A stretch of 64,000 bases of DNA from an uncultured virus (IMG/VR IMGVR_UViG_3300037400_005412) (taxonomy: Duplodnaviria; Heunggongvirae; Uroviricota; Caudoviricetes), in IMG/VR virus record IMGVR_UViG_3300037400_005412, one strand, 5' to 3'. Of this stretch, positions 49,900-63,200 are shown in pieces. The notes below the pieces were generated by a model. That model saw only the letters and a list, made by a program, of their open reading frames with translations. It was not told the DNA's origin and searched no databases. A program made the position numbers and the translations under genes. The stretch's first letter is position 1. Each line of letters begins with the position of its first letter.

Positions 49900-50238
49900 A
49901 TGATAGTTACATTATGTGGAAGTACAAAATTTAAAAAAGAATATGAAGATATAGCAAAAGATTTAGCTCTCCAAGGGCATACAGTATTAAGCGTTAATAT
50001 GTTTGGGCACGCTGATAATATTGAATTAACTACAGAATAGAAACTTATTCTTGATAACGAGCATAAACAAAAAATTAATATTAGCGATGCTATCTTTGTA
50101 ATTAATAAAGATGGTTATATTGGAGAAAGTACTTTTAGCGAAATTGATTGGGCACAACGTCTAGGTAAATAGGTTTATTATTTAGAGGACCCGACACCAA
50201 AAGAAGAGGCAGAAAAGAAAGATGAGGAAAAAGAATAA
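49900..50238 (+). CDS. Nucleoside deoxyribosyltransferase-fold protein (DUF4406-like)
   Basis: VTLCGSTKF...KINISDAIFVINKDGYIGESTFSEI. Confidence 0.6.
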
Positions 50239-50756
50239 TGAATATATATCTTGCTGGACCAATATTTTTCTATGGAGATTATCTCCGCAATATAGAGTGG
50301 GCAAATAAAATTAGATAGGCATTCCCTGATGCCTATTTATATAGCCCAGTAGAAAACACTGATATAAATGGTGTTGAGGGCAAAAAGAAATTTGCTGGCT
50401 CACAAGAAATTGCTAATGGTGATAATATTCGTCTTGATAATACTGATGTGCTGATTGCCTGTATTGATGGTGATGTGCTTCCTTCTGGTACTTGCGCTGA
50501 AATTGGTAAATTCCATGAAAAGATTATGCGTGGCGATAATAAATATATTATTGGTATTTGTACTGATACTCGTCAATGTTATAATACTCATAGTGCCGAA
50601 AAAGATACCGGCGGCGCAGTTAGCCTTGGAGAGTAGCAATATAGTTATCAAAATCTTTATGTGACTGGTTTAATTAAGCAAGCTGGCGTATTAGTTTATT
50701 CAATTGATGAAGTAATTGAAAAATTAAAAGAGATTTATGATAGATATAATTTTTAA
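50238..50756 (+). CDS. Nucleoside 2-deoxyribosyltransferase-family protein
   Basis: IYLAGP, YSP, D...D, SGTCAEIG, NLYVTG. Confidence 0.75.
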
Positions 50757-50803
50757 TTATATCTATCATAAAAAAGAAAGGAAGGAGAGTAGAAATATAA
50801 AAA

Positions 50804-51655
50804 ATGAGTTTAGAAGAAGGAAAAATATTATCAAGTGATGTTAATGATTTAATATCAAGAATTAATACTGAAATTAATAGGAGAACGGTAGCTGGTTTTT
50901 TAAAAAGTAACGCAGTTTCAAATGGATTTTAGTCCACTCTCGGTGGAACAGATAATGAAATAACATCATCTCATAATTCTAAAATTCATCCATCTTGGCT
51001 ATGTGTAAATCGTCAATACCGAAAAAATTTTACGATATATAGTGTATATTATTTGGACGAATCTAATAATAAAATAATTTGTAACAAAAATCAATCATAC
51101 AATGAGAATACTTAGTTTATAGGTAGATATCTGGATTCTGATGGATATTGGGCTGGTCAAGAAAATGTTTCAGCCGAACAATTACAGTCTTATGGATGTT
51201 TAAAACCTACATATACTATTGACACTCCCTCTATTTCTTCTGGAACAAAAGCAACTGCTGAAGATATAAACACATTAATTGAATTATTAAATGTAATTAA
51301 TACAGATACATATTGGGATACAGCGACAGCTGTTACTGCTGGTAATCTTATTCAAACAATTATAGAAATATCAAATACTTTAGAAAAATTTGAAAATGCT
51401 CCTAGTGAAAAATCAATCAGCCGAATTACTCAAGATAAAGTTAGTAATATAGGTAGCCCACCTGGTAATACATCAGGGTGCGGTTCCGCTTGCAAAGGCC
51501 TATGTCAAAGTTGTTTGGGTAGTGCGATAGGTAGTAGTAGTGGAGATGGTTGCGATTATAGTGGTTGCGATTATAGTGGCTGCGATTCATGCTCATCTGG
51601 TTGTCAGGGAGGCTGTGGAGGCTGTGGTTATACTTGTTCAAGTTCAAGTGACTAA
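50804..51655 (+). CDS. 283-aa protein with C-terminal Cys-rich CXXX-type repeat (putative radical-SAM substrate)
   Basis: C-terminus SGCGSACKGLCQSC...GCDYSGCDYSGCDSCSSGCQGGCGGCGYTCSSSSD*; two TAG. Confidence 0.75.
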
Positions 51656-51672
51656 TAAAAAAGGTAAAAATT

Positions 51673-51969
51673 ATGAAAAAAATACAAATAAATATTCCTA
51701 CTGAAATAAAAAATCTTATTCAAAAATTTGACATAGAAGCATAGTCTCGTAAAGAAATTATTGAATATGTTTTATTAAATAATATAAATATTACGAATAA
51801 TCATTTTCAACAATATCAAAAAGATTATGAAAAACGACTTTACGAATTTAATATAGCTAAACAAGAATTATTCAATAAATACGTGCTACCAAAATTAAAA
51901 GAAAATAGTAATTATAATTGGAGATTAGATTATAATACTTCAATTCTTACTATTGAGGTAGATGAATGA
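51673..51969 (+). CDS. CXXX-repeat modification system accessory protein (98 aa)
   Basis: Helical body with C-terminal WRLDYNTSILTI; lies between substrate and maturase. Confidence 0.6.
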
Positions 51970-53288
51970 AAAATTATAGTGATAATTTAAGTGAATTATA
52001 TTAGATTCAAAAAAAACCAAATATTAATATTATTTTTACTCCAAGTATTACATTTCAAATTACTGAAGATTGTAATTTAAAATGTAAATATTGCTATCAA
52101 ACTAATAAGACACATTCTATAATGTCATTAGAGATAGCAAAAAAATTCATTGATTTATTAATTGAAAATAATAATAATACTAAATAGTATATAGATACTC
52201 AACAATGTATTGGGGTAATTCTTGATTTTATCGGAGGGGAACCATTTCTTCAACCTAAATTGATAGATGAAATAATTGAATATTTTCGTACTCAAACAAT
52301 TATTTATAATCATCCTTGGTAGTATAATTGGCGTATTGCTATTACTTCTAATGGAACATTATATTTTAGTCCAGAAGTATAGGAATTAATTAAAAAATAT
52401 CAAAAACATTTATCATTATCTATTTCAATTGATGGAAATAAACAACTTCATGATGCCTGTCGTATATTCTCTAATGGGGATGGTAGTTATGATAAAGCCA
52501 TTGCAGCAGTCCATCATTATAGAGAATATTGGCATGGATCTATGGGTAGTAAAGTAACATTTTCTCCTGATAATATAGAGTATGCTGGAGATGCTATTAT
52601 TAATCTTATTAATGAAGATTATACAGATATTCATGCTAATTGTGTTTTCGAAGAAGGTTGGAAAAATAAACATGCTACAATATTTTATAATGAAATGAAA
52701 AAAATAGCAGATTATATTTTAAATAATGATTTAGAATATAAGATAAATTTCTCCATTTTTGTAGAAAACTTTTTTTAGCCTTTGCCGATTGAAGATACCT
52801 AGAATTGGTGCGGCGGAAATGGTCAAATGTTAGCTTTAAGGTGGGATGGAACTATTTATCCATGTTTACGTTTTATGCCAAGCTCATTAGGTAATATAAA
52901 ACCAATAGTTATAGGAAATGTCAATGATGGGATTATGACAACACAAGAACAGCGTGATGAAATTAATAAATTAAAAGCGATAAATAGAATTAATCAATCA
53001 ACAGAAGAATGTATTAATTGTCCAGTAGCTAAAGGATGTAGTTATTGCCAAGCTTTTAATTATTAGGATAGTGGTAATTTTCATCATCGTGCGACATATA
53101 CTTGTTGTATGCACAAAGCTCGTGCTCTTGCAAATGTATATTATTGGAATAAATTTTATATTAAAAATTTATCAGGTGGCAGATTTAAAAATTATTTGCC
53201 TGATGAAGAAGCATTAAAAATTATTGATAAAAAAGAATTATAGATGTTAAAAGATTTAGAAAATACTCCAATCGAAAAAGTAGAATAA
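51966..53288 (+). CDS. Radical SAM/SPASM peptide maturase (CXXX-repeat target family), 440 aa
   Basis: TFQITEDCNLKCKYCYQ, FIGGEP, SIDG, WCGG...YPCLRF, CINCPVAKGCSYC, CCMHKARALAN; about 8 TAG. Confidence 0.88.
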
Positions 53289-53355
53289 AAAATGTGCTTA
53301 CCAAAATTTTACCAAAACGTATGGTGATTTGGCAGAAAATTAGTAAGCGCATTTT
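53289..53355. repeat. Palindromic element copy 3
   Basis: AAAATGTGCTTACCAA...TTAGTAAGCGCATTTT; interior nearly identical to copy 2. Confidence 0.75.
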
Positions 53356-53381
53356 GACTTTTCTAAAAATATGATATAAAA

Positions 53382-53676
53382 GTCAACAGATAATGAATTT
53401 TATAAAAAATATATTATGCTTTTAGATGATGCAATAATTGGATGCATTATTATAACCAGTCAAACATATGTAAGTAATCTAAAAAATAAAAATGCTTTTA
53501 CTAAAGAGACTCAAGAAGAAGTTTTCAAAAAAACATATGATGCAGTTATGACAATATTAAGCAAAGATGCGGTAAAATATTTAAATAATGCTGTTGGTGA
53601 TTTAAATAGTTATATTATTAATAATATTCAAGTGCAAATTAAATTAAATAAAATTACTAAAAATGAAAATGAATAA
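53382..53676 (+). pseudogene. 5'-truncated paralogue of the holin-like gene at 509
   Basis: STDNEFYKKYI...QTYVSNLKNKNAFTKETQEE matches 509..973; no TM; in-frame TAA just upstream. Confidence 0.65.
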
Positions 53677-53681
53677 AAAAA

Positions 53682-53720
53682 ATAGGAGAACTCTTATATA
53701 ATAGAGTTCTCCTATTTTTT
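53682..53720. terminator. Bidirectional terminator, homologous to 971-1010
   Basis: ATAGGAGAACTCT/AGAGTTCTCCTAT. Confidence 0.75.
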
Positions 53721-56700
53721 ATTTTACTTTAATCCAAATTCTACCATTAATTTCAATATTATCACTGCCCCAATACTTATATACAGGAATTTCACTAACA
53801 TATCCTACGATCGCATCCGGCCATTCTCTTATTTCTTCTCTTGTCATAATACTAATTGTCCCATTCGGCCCAGAGCAAACTGCTTGCCCAGGTTTAAAAG
53901 AATTTCTCTCTTCTAATGGATAAGCTAAAACACGACCTGAAACTGCAATAGGTGTATTAGCATAATTTGATTCACCAATAGAAAATCCAAAAGTATCAGA
54001 TACAATATTAGCCCCTAGCTGAAGGCGCTATTTAGATAGTTCCAAATCACCATCGCCAAGCTCAACAACACACCGTCCTGGGGCAACATTATTAGTATGC
54101 CGATATTCGGCATAATCATTAAAGACAGCCCCATGTACTTTAAATCCCATAATAGATTTTCGTGCAGAAATACCACCTAAAGTAGTGATGCTTCCGCTTA
54201 CGTGGGCATCATTAAATCCTAAGCCAGGGGCTGGGCGCTATTCTATAGTCTAATTTGAAACATTCTCGCCATTAATTATTAATTCTCTTTTATAAAAATT
54301 AGAATCTAAAGAATAATATTCTCCAATCTCACATCTTATATAATCATCAGATAAATAATTATGTTTATTATAAATATTATTTCTATAAATATATAAATTA
54401 TCTTTTTTATTTTCCCAATTTTCAATGGAATAATAATATTTTTTTAAGTAAGAAGATTGATTTTCTAAATTAATAATTTTTTGATAATAATTTGTATTAT
54501 CATTTGGATTATATAACTAATATTTTGATATATAAATATATTCTGGTAAATTAATTATTTCAAAATTAGTCCCATTATAGTTAATGAATTCTTGCTAAGA
54601 ATCCTATACTTTTAATAGTATCTTATCATCATCATCTCTATATGTATTAAACGCATCCTCTGTAGTTATATTTAAACTTGTATTATTCATATAACTAGAC
54701 ACCATATAATAATTTTTTGAATTATCAAATTCAACAAATGGAGAGGATACTCTTATATAATTTCCATCTTCTATAAAATATACTCCAGATAATGCTAACC
54801 ATTTCCAATTTGTTGGTTTTACTCCTTGAATATTATTAATTTTTTCATGGTTCAAAGTATAGTAATTTACAGTTGATGAATAATTATTAAAATTATTTAA
54901 CTTAATCCAATTATTAGATTGAAAATAATATAATCCTTCTTGTATATCATTTTCAATTTGTTGCCTATAAGTTATATCATTTTCTTCAATAGTAGTATCA
55001 TAATCATCCATACTTACTTTACTATATTGATAATACTCAAATGGGCTAGCTTCAACGGTTAACTAATAATAATCCTAATTAGCTATTTGCCCTGGATAAT
55101 TATAATTAGGAATTAAATAAAAAGTATCATTATCTTTTATATAAAGTCCTTCTTGTATTTTACTATTCCAAGTACTTTCTGTCACACTTACTTTTTCATA
55201 GCATGTGGCATTATAATAATAATATACTTTAGTATTATCAAAATTAGGTTCATTAATAACTTTTTTGTAAGACCCATATTCATCTTCTTCATATAAGTTA
55301 TAAATATTAGTACGAGAAGGGTCTCGAACAATATTAAAATATTTACTTACTTGAGTTATATCAATTCCTTTATAAATAACATCAGTTTCCATATTTGGAC
55401 CTGGCAAAATATTATAGGTTCTTTTATAAATATCCTAATTTTTAATAATATTAGAATAATTCTTTAATAATTTATTAATTTCATAATTACTCTTATTATT
55501 TAATCCTTCTATTAAAACATATTGGTTCTCATTAGGATCTTTAATATAATAGTTAATATTATTATTATAATAAAAATATGTAATTAATTTATTATTATCA
55601 TCAAATAACTAATTTCGTCCAATATAATAATAAAAATTTTCTGAATTAACTGTATTATTATTTTCAATTATTTTATAATAATGTTCTGTGTTACGAATAA
55701 TAGTATTTTCTAAAGTAACTTCTTCAAGAACGTTATTATCATTTAATTTATAATATGTCTATTCTTCAATAATTTCTGTACCAGAAGCTTCTTCTTCAAA
55801 AATATGATAATTTATATTATTATTATTATATATATTATAGATAATATCGTTATTTTTTTCATAGCTATCTACAAAAATATTATTTTCAGATATCGCACTA
55901 TTCCAAGAACTCTCATCTGAATTATCATAATTAGTAAATTCAAAATCATATATATTGTTAGGCGCTACTTCTTCATAGTATGTTATGCTAGAATCATATA
56001 TGTCATCAGTATTTTTATTAATAAAACCTAAATATTTATATTTTTGTATAGAGGTAAGCTCTTCTAAGAACTCTTGAAAATTAATACCAGAATTAAATGG
56101 GTCAAGTATTTTTTCAGTAGGATTAGCCCAAGTATATCCTGTTCGACGAATATAAGAAGAAGTATAAATAGTCTAAACTATAATAAAAGAATTTTTATAA
56201 TTAATATCATATATCTAGCCTATCTCAACGTCCTAATTTTGATTATTAATTTTTAATTTTAAAGTATTAACAATTTTTTGCTAATTTTTAGCATTCGGTT
56301 TTTCACTAGTCCCACCGGTACATTGAACAGTCTATATCTTTTTTATCTAATATCCAGCTATGCCAGATTCTTCTTGATAATTTTCTTTTACGGCAAAATT
56401 AAAATGAGTTAATGAACTATCTGAATCATTATTAGTAGATAAAATATTATTACTATCTTTATCTTTATTAATTATATTATAAGTCCATCCATCACTAACA
56501 GCACCTTCTGTTGTTTCAATCCATCTATCTGCTTCTGTCTAATCTTTAATAGCTAAAGATGAATCAAAAGATGTTGCACCATCCCCTATAATATTTAAAT
56601 TATTAAGAGTTGCTGTATCTGTAAATAAATTATCGCATTCTAAAGTATTAGTTCTTATATTTCCGCCGCCATCTTCTACTTCGGCATAATATAATACAAT

Positions 56701-57381
56701 ACCTGGATACCCTTCTTGATCTTCTCCGTAAAAATTCTAATCTGATAAAATAGCTACATTTTTTATTTCATCAAATGAATTTAATCTTTCATAATCATTA
56801 TTATTTTTTTTCTAATAAAATATTAAATTACTTAAATACTCTAAATTTTTAAAACTTTCTTCGTTGGGGCAATCTAATATTTGCGCGAGATCAGATTGGC
56901 TAATTTGTACGTATTGATAATTTGAAAAATCTCCATTATTATCAAATCCTTGAATTCGTATATTTCTATTAACATTATTATTTTCCTAAATTTGAAAAGT
57001 TCCTGATAATTTATTATTAGAAATTTCATTAATTTCTTCAGGGGAAAAAATTAATTTATTTCCTCCTATAATCCAAGTATATCTTTTAGAGTTCTAATTT
57101 TCTTGAATATTAATATTCCCAAGCTCGTCTTTAATTAATCCAATCTATTGATTAATAATACATATCTACTAATCATATTTATCATAATTCCATAAATCCA
57201 CAAAAATTTGCGCGATCTCTTTTTCATCATCATTGAACTATGAAACATCTTTAGATTTCATACTAGCTATAGAAACAAAATGGTATGTATCTCTAATATC
57301 AGACTTAATAGATTTTATAAAACCTATTAAACTATCTTGAGTAAAAATGACATCTTCATTATGATGTACATTATTATTCAT
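53719..57381 (-). CDS. Large Asn/Tyr-rich fibre-like protein (~1220 aa) with C-terminal peptidase-G2-like chaperone domain
   Basis: ATG 57381 with GGAGG; track fragments in one frame joined by TAG (frame spot-checked); GAVFNDYAEY...GRVLAY...GRIWIKVK*. Confidence 0.65.
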
Positions 57382-57438
57382 TTATAAAATCCTCCTTTGC
57401 CGCTAAAATAAAAAAGGGGAGAATAAAATTCTCCCCTC

Positions 57439-58038
57439 TTAAACATCTAACCAATAAAGGGTAAATGTGCCTTTATTATAATCATCTTCTAATTTTTCTA
57501 TCATCTAAAATAATTCAGGACTTAAATTAATTTGATTATTCGCTAATTCTTCACCATCAAGATTATTCTGTCCCTGTAATATTGCACTTTCTGCTATCAA
57601 AGTATTAAAACTATAAGAAATTTCTTTTTTTTCATTAGTAGAAAACCAACAAATAGAAAATTTTACTATCCCAGCTTTTTCTGTAGCAGCTCCCTAAATG
57701 CACCAAGGAATTAAAACCTTATTTTCATCACTAAAAGTCTATACATCATAATATGGAACAGGATAAATATAACTATTTCCTGCGGCATTAGTAAAACGAA
57801 TAATACAAGCTTTTGTTGTTAAATCCATATAATCAAAATATCTATCAAATTTAAAATAGATAGTTTCAGCATAATGATCGTTAGCTACACTTAAAAATTT
57901 AGGTACTGAAATTTTTCTAGTATTTAAATCTATATCATAAATTTTTTCATCTTTTGGAAGAAGTAAAGCTTTACGGGTAGGAGCGTTGCTCTATATTTCC
58001 CATAGCATTTCTTCATAATCATGACTATTAGTAATCAT
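57439..58038 (-). CDS. BppU-like baseplate protein
   Basis: DHYAETIYFKFDRYFDYMDL...IPWCI...GIVKFSI...FNTL. Confidence 0.6.
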
Positions 58039-58063
58039 TACAATGCGCTCCTTCCTTTAAAAT

Positions 58064-59896
58064 TTATGAACGAATATAGTTGGGGTCATCATCAACTGTA
58101 ATAGTATCTAAAATTTTAGTGTAAATACTACCATTATATATGTTTTTAATTACAGGAGTATAGTCTCCTTCTTCTGTAATAGTAATAGAAGCTCCAGTCC
58201 CTACTATACGATCATAAGAGATCCATTGATATTCAATATCTCCACGAGGATCATCGCCTCTATCAACATCAGCAATTGTTAAAACGACAGAGCGCTAAGC
58301 CATACTGCCGTTTGAATTAAATTTTTCTATAGAATTAGCTGCGCGACCATCACGTTTACAAGTAGCAGAAAGAATTGGACTGGCAATTAAAGAAGCTACC
58401 CATTCTTCTGAAATGGCCTAATCAGCATATGTCCCATTCTTAAAATTATTTACAAGAACACGGTATCTGCCTTCTGAGCTAATCTCTTTTGAGCTTTCAT
58501 TTTCTAAAGAATACTAGTTTTCTAAATCCATATCAGTAAATTCAATAGCAGTTCCTAATTTCTATTGCCAAATAAACTATAATGCCCCAAAATTATCAGC
58601 AATTGCTCTAGCTGTTAGTTGACCTTTATTTTCAGCATCTAAGAATACAATATTCTGAATATTATCAGCAAATGAGTAATTTTCATCTCCAGAAATTTCA
58701 GAAGCGGCAATCTCAATTTCAGATGGTGTTTGCGCTGCTGGAATTGTTACAGCGGCAGTAATAGCTACTTCTCCAGCGCCAATTCTTTCCTTTTTTCCAT
58801 CTTTATTATTATATTTTTCACCTTGAGCTTTAATACTATAAACTCCAGCAGTAGAAACATTAATTTTACCTAATTCAATATATAATTCTATTGGATCTTC
58901 TTCATCTTCCCAAGCAGCTAAATCATCTAGTTTTGCTAAAATATAATTTTCTGGATCATTACTATCTTTAATATAATATCTTTGATTAGCTGGTAACATC
59001 ATACCTTCTTCATAAGCAGGAATTTGTTTATATACAGAAATATCTTCTCCAATAGTATTCATGTAGTGAAGTTCAGTTGCATTATCGACATATCCTTCAG
59101 CAAATAAATCAATTGGTTCACTGGTAGGTTTTCCCTGTTCGTTAAATGTAGTATTTAAATTAATAACAGGATTAAATTCAGATGGGACAAAAACATTTCC
59201 TTCGTTAGAAATATTTAAAACTAATCCATTGCCGGTTACCCATTGTACTGGGTCTACGGCTGCCTCACCTGACCCGAAAGAACTATTTGTGATAATACTA
59301 AGAATATCATTATTTAAGTCAGTTATTTCTACATCTTTTGATAAAATCAAACCATCTTTAATATTAATAGTCGCTGGTAAAGTATTAAATTCATACTTAA
59401 TTTTCCCATTATCTTCAATACTAAATTCTACAGCAAAAGTTAATTGGCCACCTTTTTCGGTAATAATATTATCAATAGGCCAACCAAAAATAACATAACC
59501 TGGTAAAATTTCTTTACTCATAATAAAGTTTTTAGTTTTACCATTTCTATTCCCCATTTTCCAATTTATACAAACATTAGTAGAACTTAAATCTGTATAA
59601 TCAAAATATCTATCAATTTTAAAGAAAACCATCTCTGCTAAATGATCTCCTTGAACAGATAAACCATTAGAACGGAATTCAGCCGGAATATTAATACTTC
59701 TAGTGTTAGCATCGATTTCAAATAAAGGTTCATCTAATGGGAGTCTTAAAAACTTATTATCTAATAATTTAATATCACCAAGTCTGCCATAATAGCTTTC
59801 AATATTATCTACATTTATCTATCCTTCACTTTTAATTCTAACTTCATCAAATAAAGAATTATAAGCACTATCGAGATTAGTTGTTTTTGTAATCAT
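58064..59896 (-). CDS. Structural protein with BppU-like N-terminal domain
   Basis: DHLAEMVFFKIDRYFDYTDL...GWPI...LTFAVEF...FNTL; joined through TAG. Confidence 0.6.
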
Positions 59897-60028
59897 AGAT
59901 AAAAAACCTTCCTTTCTCTTTATTAAAAATATTATTTATATTATTAAGGATAAAGAAGAGAAAGAATTTTTTCACTTTCTCTTCTTTATTTAAAAAACTT
60001 TTAGATTGATATAATAAGTTTTGTCCTA

Positions 60029-60226
60029 TTATACTTCTCTCCATTCTTCTAACTCTTCTTCTGGAATAACAACAGATATACATTTATTTACTCCATCTTT
60101 AGTTAATTTTTTACCATTATCAGCATGAAGTTTCAATTTTCTTACATAATAAATGTCTTCTAGATGTACAGGAGAAAGAATTGTTCCATTTGTACCTAAA
60201 TATTCATACAAAATAGTTTTAATCAT
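60029..60226 (-). CDS. Small structural-module protein
   Basis: Track ORF, SD AAGGAG, coupled to the upstream gene. Confidence 0.6.
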   Translation of the reverse strand: MIKTILYEYLGTNGTILSPVHLEDIYYVRKLKLHADNGKKLTKDGVNKCISVVIPEEELEEWREV

Positions 60227-63200
60227 TGTATAATCTCCTTTCCATTCACGATTACAACAATATTTTCATTAGAATCTCCACCAAAAATATCTCTTAAAAT
60301 TGCTTTTTTATCCATATTTTCAAAAGCTATTACAGTGGTATATAAAACTACTTGTTTAAATTTTGTAAGATTTCCTTGGAAAATACCCTAATTACTAATT
60401 GAAAAGCTATTGACATTTGAAGGATTTTCCGGTGATCCAATCTATAATGATTGTACTTGAATATTAATAGTATTTTGGTTACTAAAACAATTAGAACCAA
60501 ATGACTAAATATTACCACCAATAATTAAATCTCTATCCAAATCTTGAATCTTAAATGCGTTTGTAAAAGTGCGTGCTCCAAGAGTTTCTAAAGTGCCAGT
60601 AATAATAGTAGATTCACTTAAATTTTCTACAGATTGGAAAGCTCTTTCATCAATAAATTTTAATCCATTAGTAAAATCAAAATATTTTAATTGTGTACAA
60701 CCATAAAATGTATATCTATTAATGGCACGAATATTAGTTTCATTAGATATTTTATCTTTCTATAAGAAAACATGAGTAACATTTGCTAAATTAATATCCA
60801 TTGCTTTCTCGGTAGCCGTAGTAGTTCCAGAACTAAACATTACAACAGGTGTCCCATTAATATTATTAGGGATAGTCAATTTTCCAGTTACTTCTTTATT
60901 TAATTTTATATTTAAACCTCTATAAATGTTACCCGCCAAATCAACAACCTAACTATTCTCATTTACAATTTCAAAAAACTCTGGATGAATATTATCATAA
61001 ACAGAGATAGGTTCTTGGTTCCAAATAGCATAAAAATTAGTATCACTTATAATTGGAAACTCTAATAAATTCATAATTGTTTGGGCATTGGCATTTCTAT
61101 TAAAGCCTAATAACTAATAAGTCTAATCTACAGGTAAATCAGAGTCATCTTTTACTGGATATACCATAGGTCCATTAATAGCAGTATTATGGGGGACATA
61201 TACTGTATCTATTAAAGTATCTCCATCATAAAATTTAACTTGCCAACTATGAATTGAGCAAACTGCATAAAAATAATAAGTAAATTTATCAGGATCTAAA
61301 GTTTGAGCCGTCCAAATTTTTGTTTTATCTAATGAAGCTAATAAATACTAAGTATCTAAACTATTCTTTGTCGCCCATCCATAAAAATCATAGTTTGGCT
61401 TTAATTTACTAATATCACCATATAATTCAATAGGATCATCAAACCAACCAGACTCAATAGTCTAAGAACCAATTAATGTATAAGTTCCGTCTTCCCCTTC
61501 ATCAGCATCCATTAATAAAAATTTTGCAGTAAATGCTGATTTAACATGTTTAAAGAAGAATATTAAATTAGGGAATTTTGGTTGTAAATTATTACGGATA
61601 TCAATTTCATTAACCTCATTCTCTTCGGTATTATTAATATAAATGATACCAGTGATGTTAGGAACAATATTATTTTCATCAGTTCTAAATAATTCACTAT
61701 TTTGAGCAAATACTCTAAACATATCTATATTAGTTATTTGATCTATATCTTCCTATGGAATAGTAGAATCAAACCTATAAATTTCACCATTAGCAACCTA
61801 AATAGGCCATTTGTCTAAATGATAACTATAAGGCTCTAATCCATAATGGCCATTATCAATGTAATAAGAGATGGAAGAATCATAACTTTCATCTTCGGTA
61901 ACTTTTATGTAAGGAGACCACTAAACATTTGTCATTTGAATATTTGAATTAGAAGAAGTTTGTCTGCTACGAATATCATAATATCTCTTTAATAATTTAT
62001 AACTATCATATCCTAATCCACTACCTAAAATATTTAATGTAGAAATTGAAGTATTACCTTCTCCTTCAAACATACCTTGTAAATATAAGCCAGGTTCAGC
62101 GACTAAATCTCCTTCAAGATTTAATTCTGGATAATGATATTCAGTAATTAAATTCTTTAATAAACGAGCTTCTGTTAATTTTAATGAAGTTAAACCAGAA
62201 GGTAAGTATAAAGTATTTAACGCAACACCTTCAGCAAATTTAATTTCACTGTAATTTGAACCAGTAGCACGGAAATTTTCAAGTTTTTCACAACTTGTTA
62301 AATCAAGAACAGCAGAACCTTGACTTAATTGAACATTACTTATATTCATATATTTAAGTAATGGTAAACCACCAGTAATTGAATCTTTAGAAGCACCAAA
62401 ACTTGGATTATTTACATTATTATTAGCATAGTTAATTTTTTGTCCTGGATGTTCAGGATCATCCATTTGTCCATCATAACCAAATTTTAAGCTAGTTAAT
62501 TTAGCAGCAGAACCTTCAATAGAAAATTCTTGCCAATATAATTTACTCATATCGCCTAAATCACTCATATGGTTAACACCATAAATATAAAGCAATTGTT
62601 CTGGATAATTTTGGCTAGTACGTACACCACTTTCAATAGCAGAAACTTCAAATTTTAATGGATGAATGCCATCATATTTCTATGAAGGATATGCCTCATT
62701 ATCGTCTCCAAGAGTAACATAAGAAGAATGAGTTGGAGTTAATGTTAACCAATATTCAGCATCAAATAAATGACGTTTTGAACCATCAGCTAAATAATAA
62801 CTAGTATCTGGATCATTAATATTTTCAACCCATTTATCAGAAGTCTTTGAAGCATTATTAGCGGCAACACGCCCTCTAATACGGTTAAATCCACCTCTTT
62901 GATAGTTACCTTGATTTAACCAGCTATCAATGTACTCAATACGATTTGTTAAGAATTGACGTCTAGCTAAAGATCTATTGCCTTGAAGCATATAGAAATA
63001 AGTACCATCATCAACAGCAAAGTTACCTTGATCATCGCTAGATAAATGACCAATTAATCCATTTTCTAATGCTTGCTAATTGCTGCCATTAGTAATAGTA
63101 ATATATTTATAATATTCATCTAAATTTTGAGCAACGATTGGGCGCTTACCTCTCATTACAATTTGTCCGCAAATATTTGGATCGGTATTATACCAACCTT

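Noticed and set aside
51545..51590. Tandem GGTTGCGATTATAGT repeat as a CRISPR array
   Set aside because: Coding repeat (GCDYS) with no spacers
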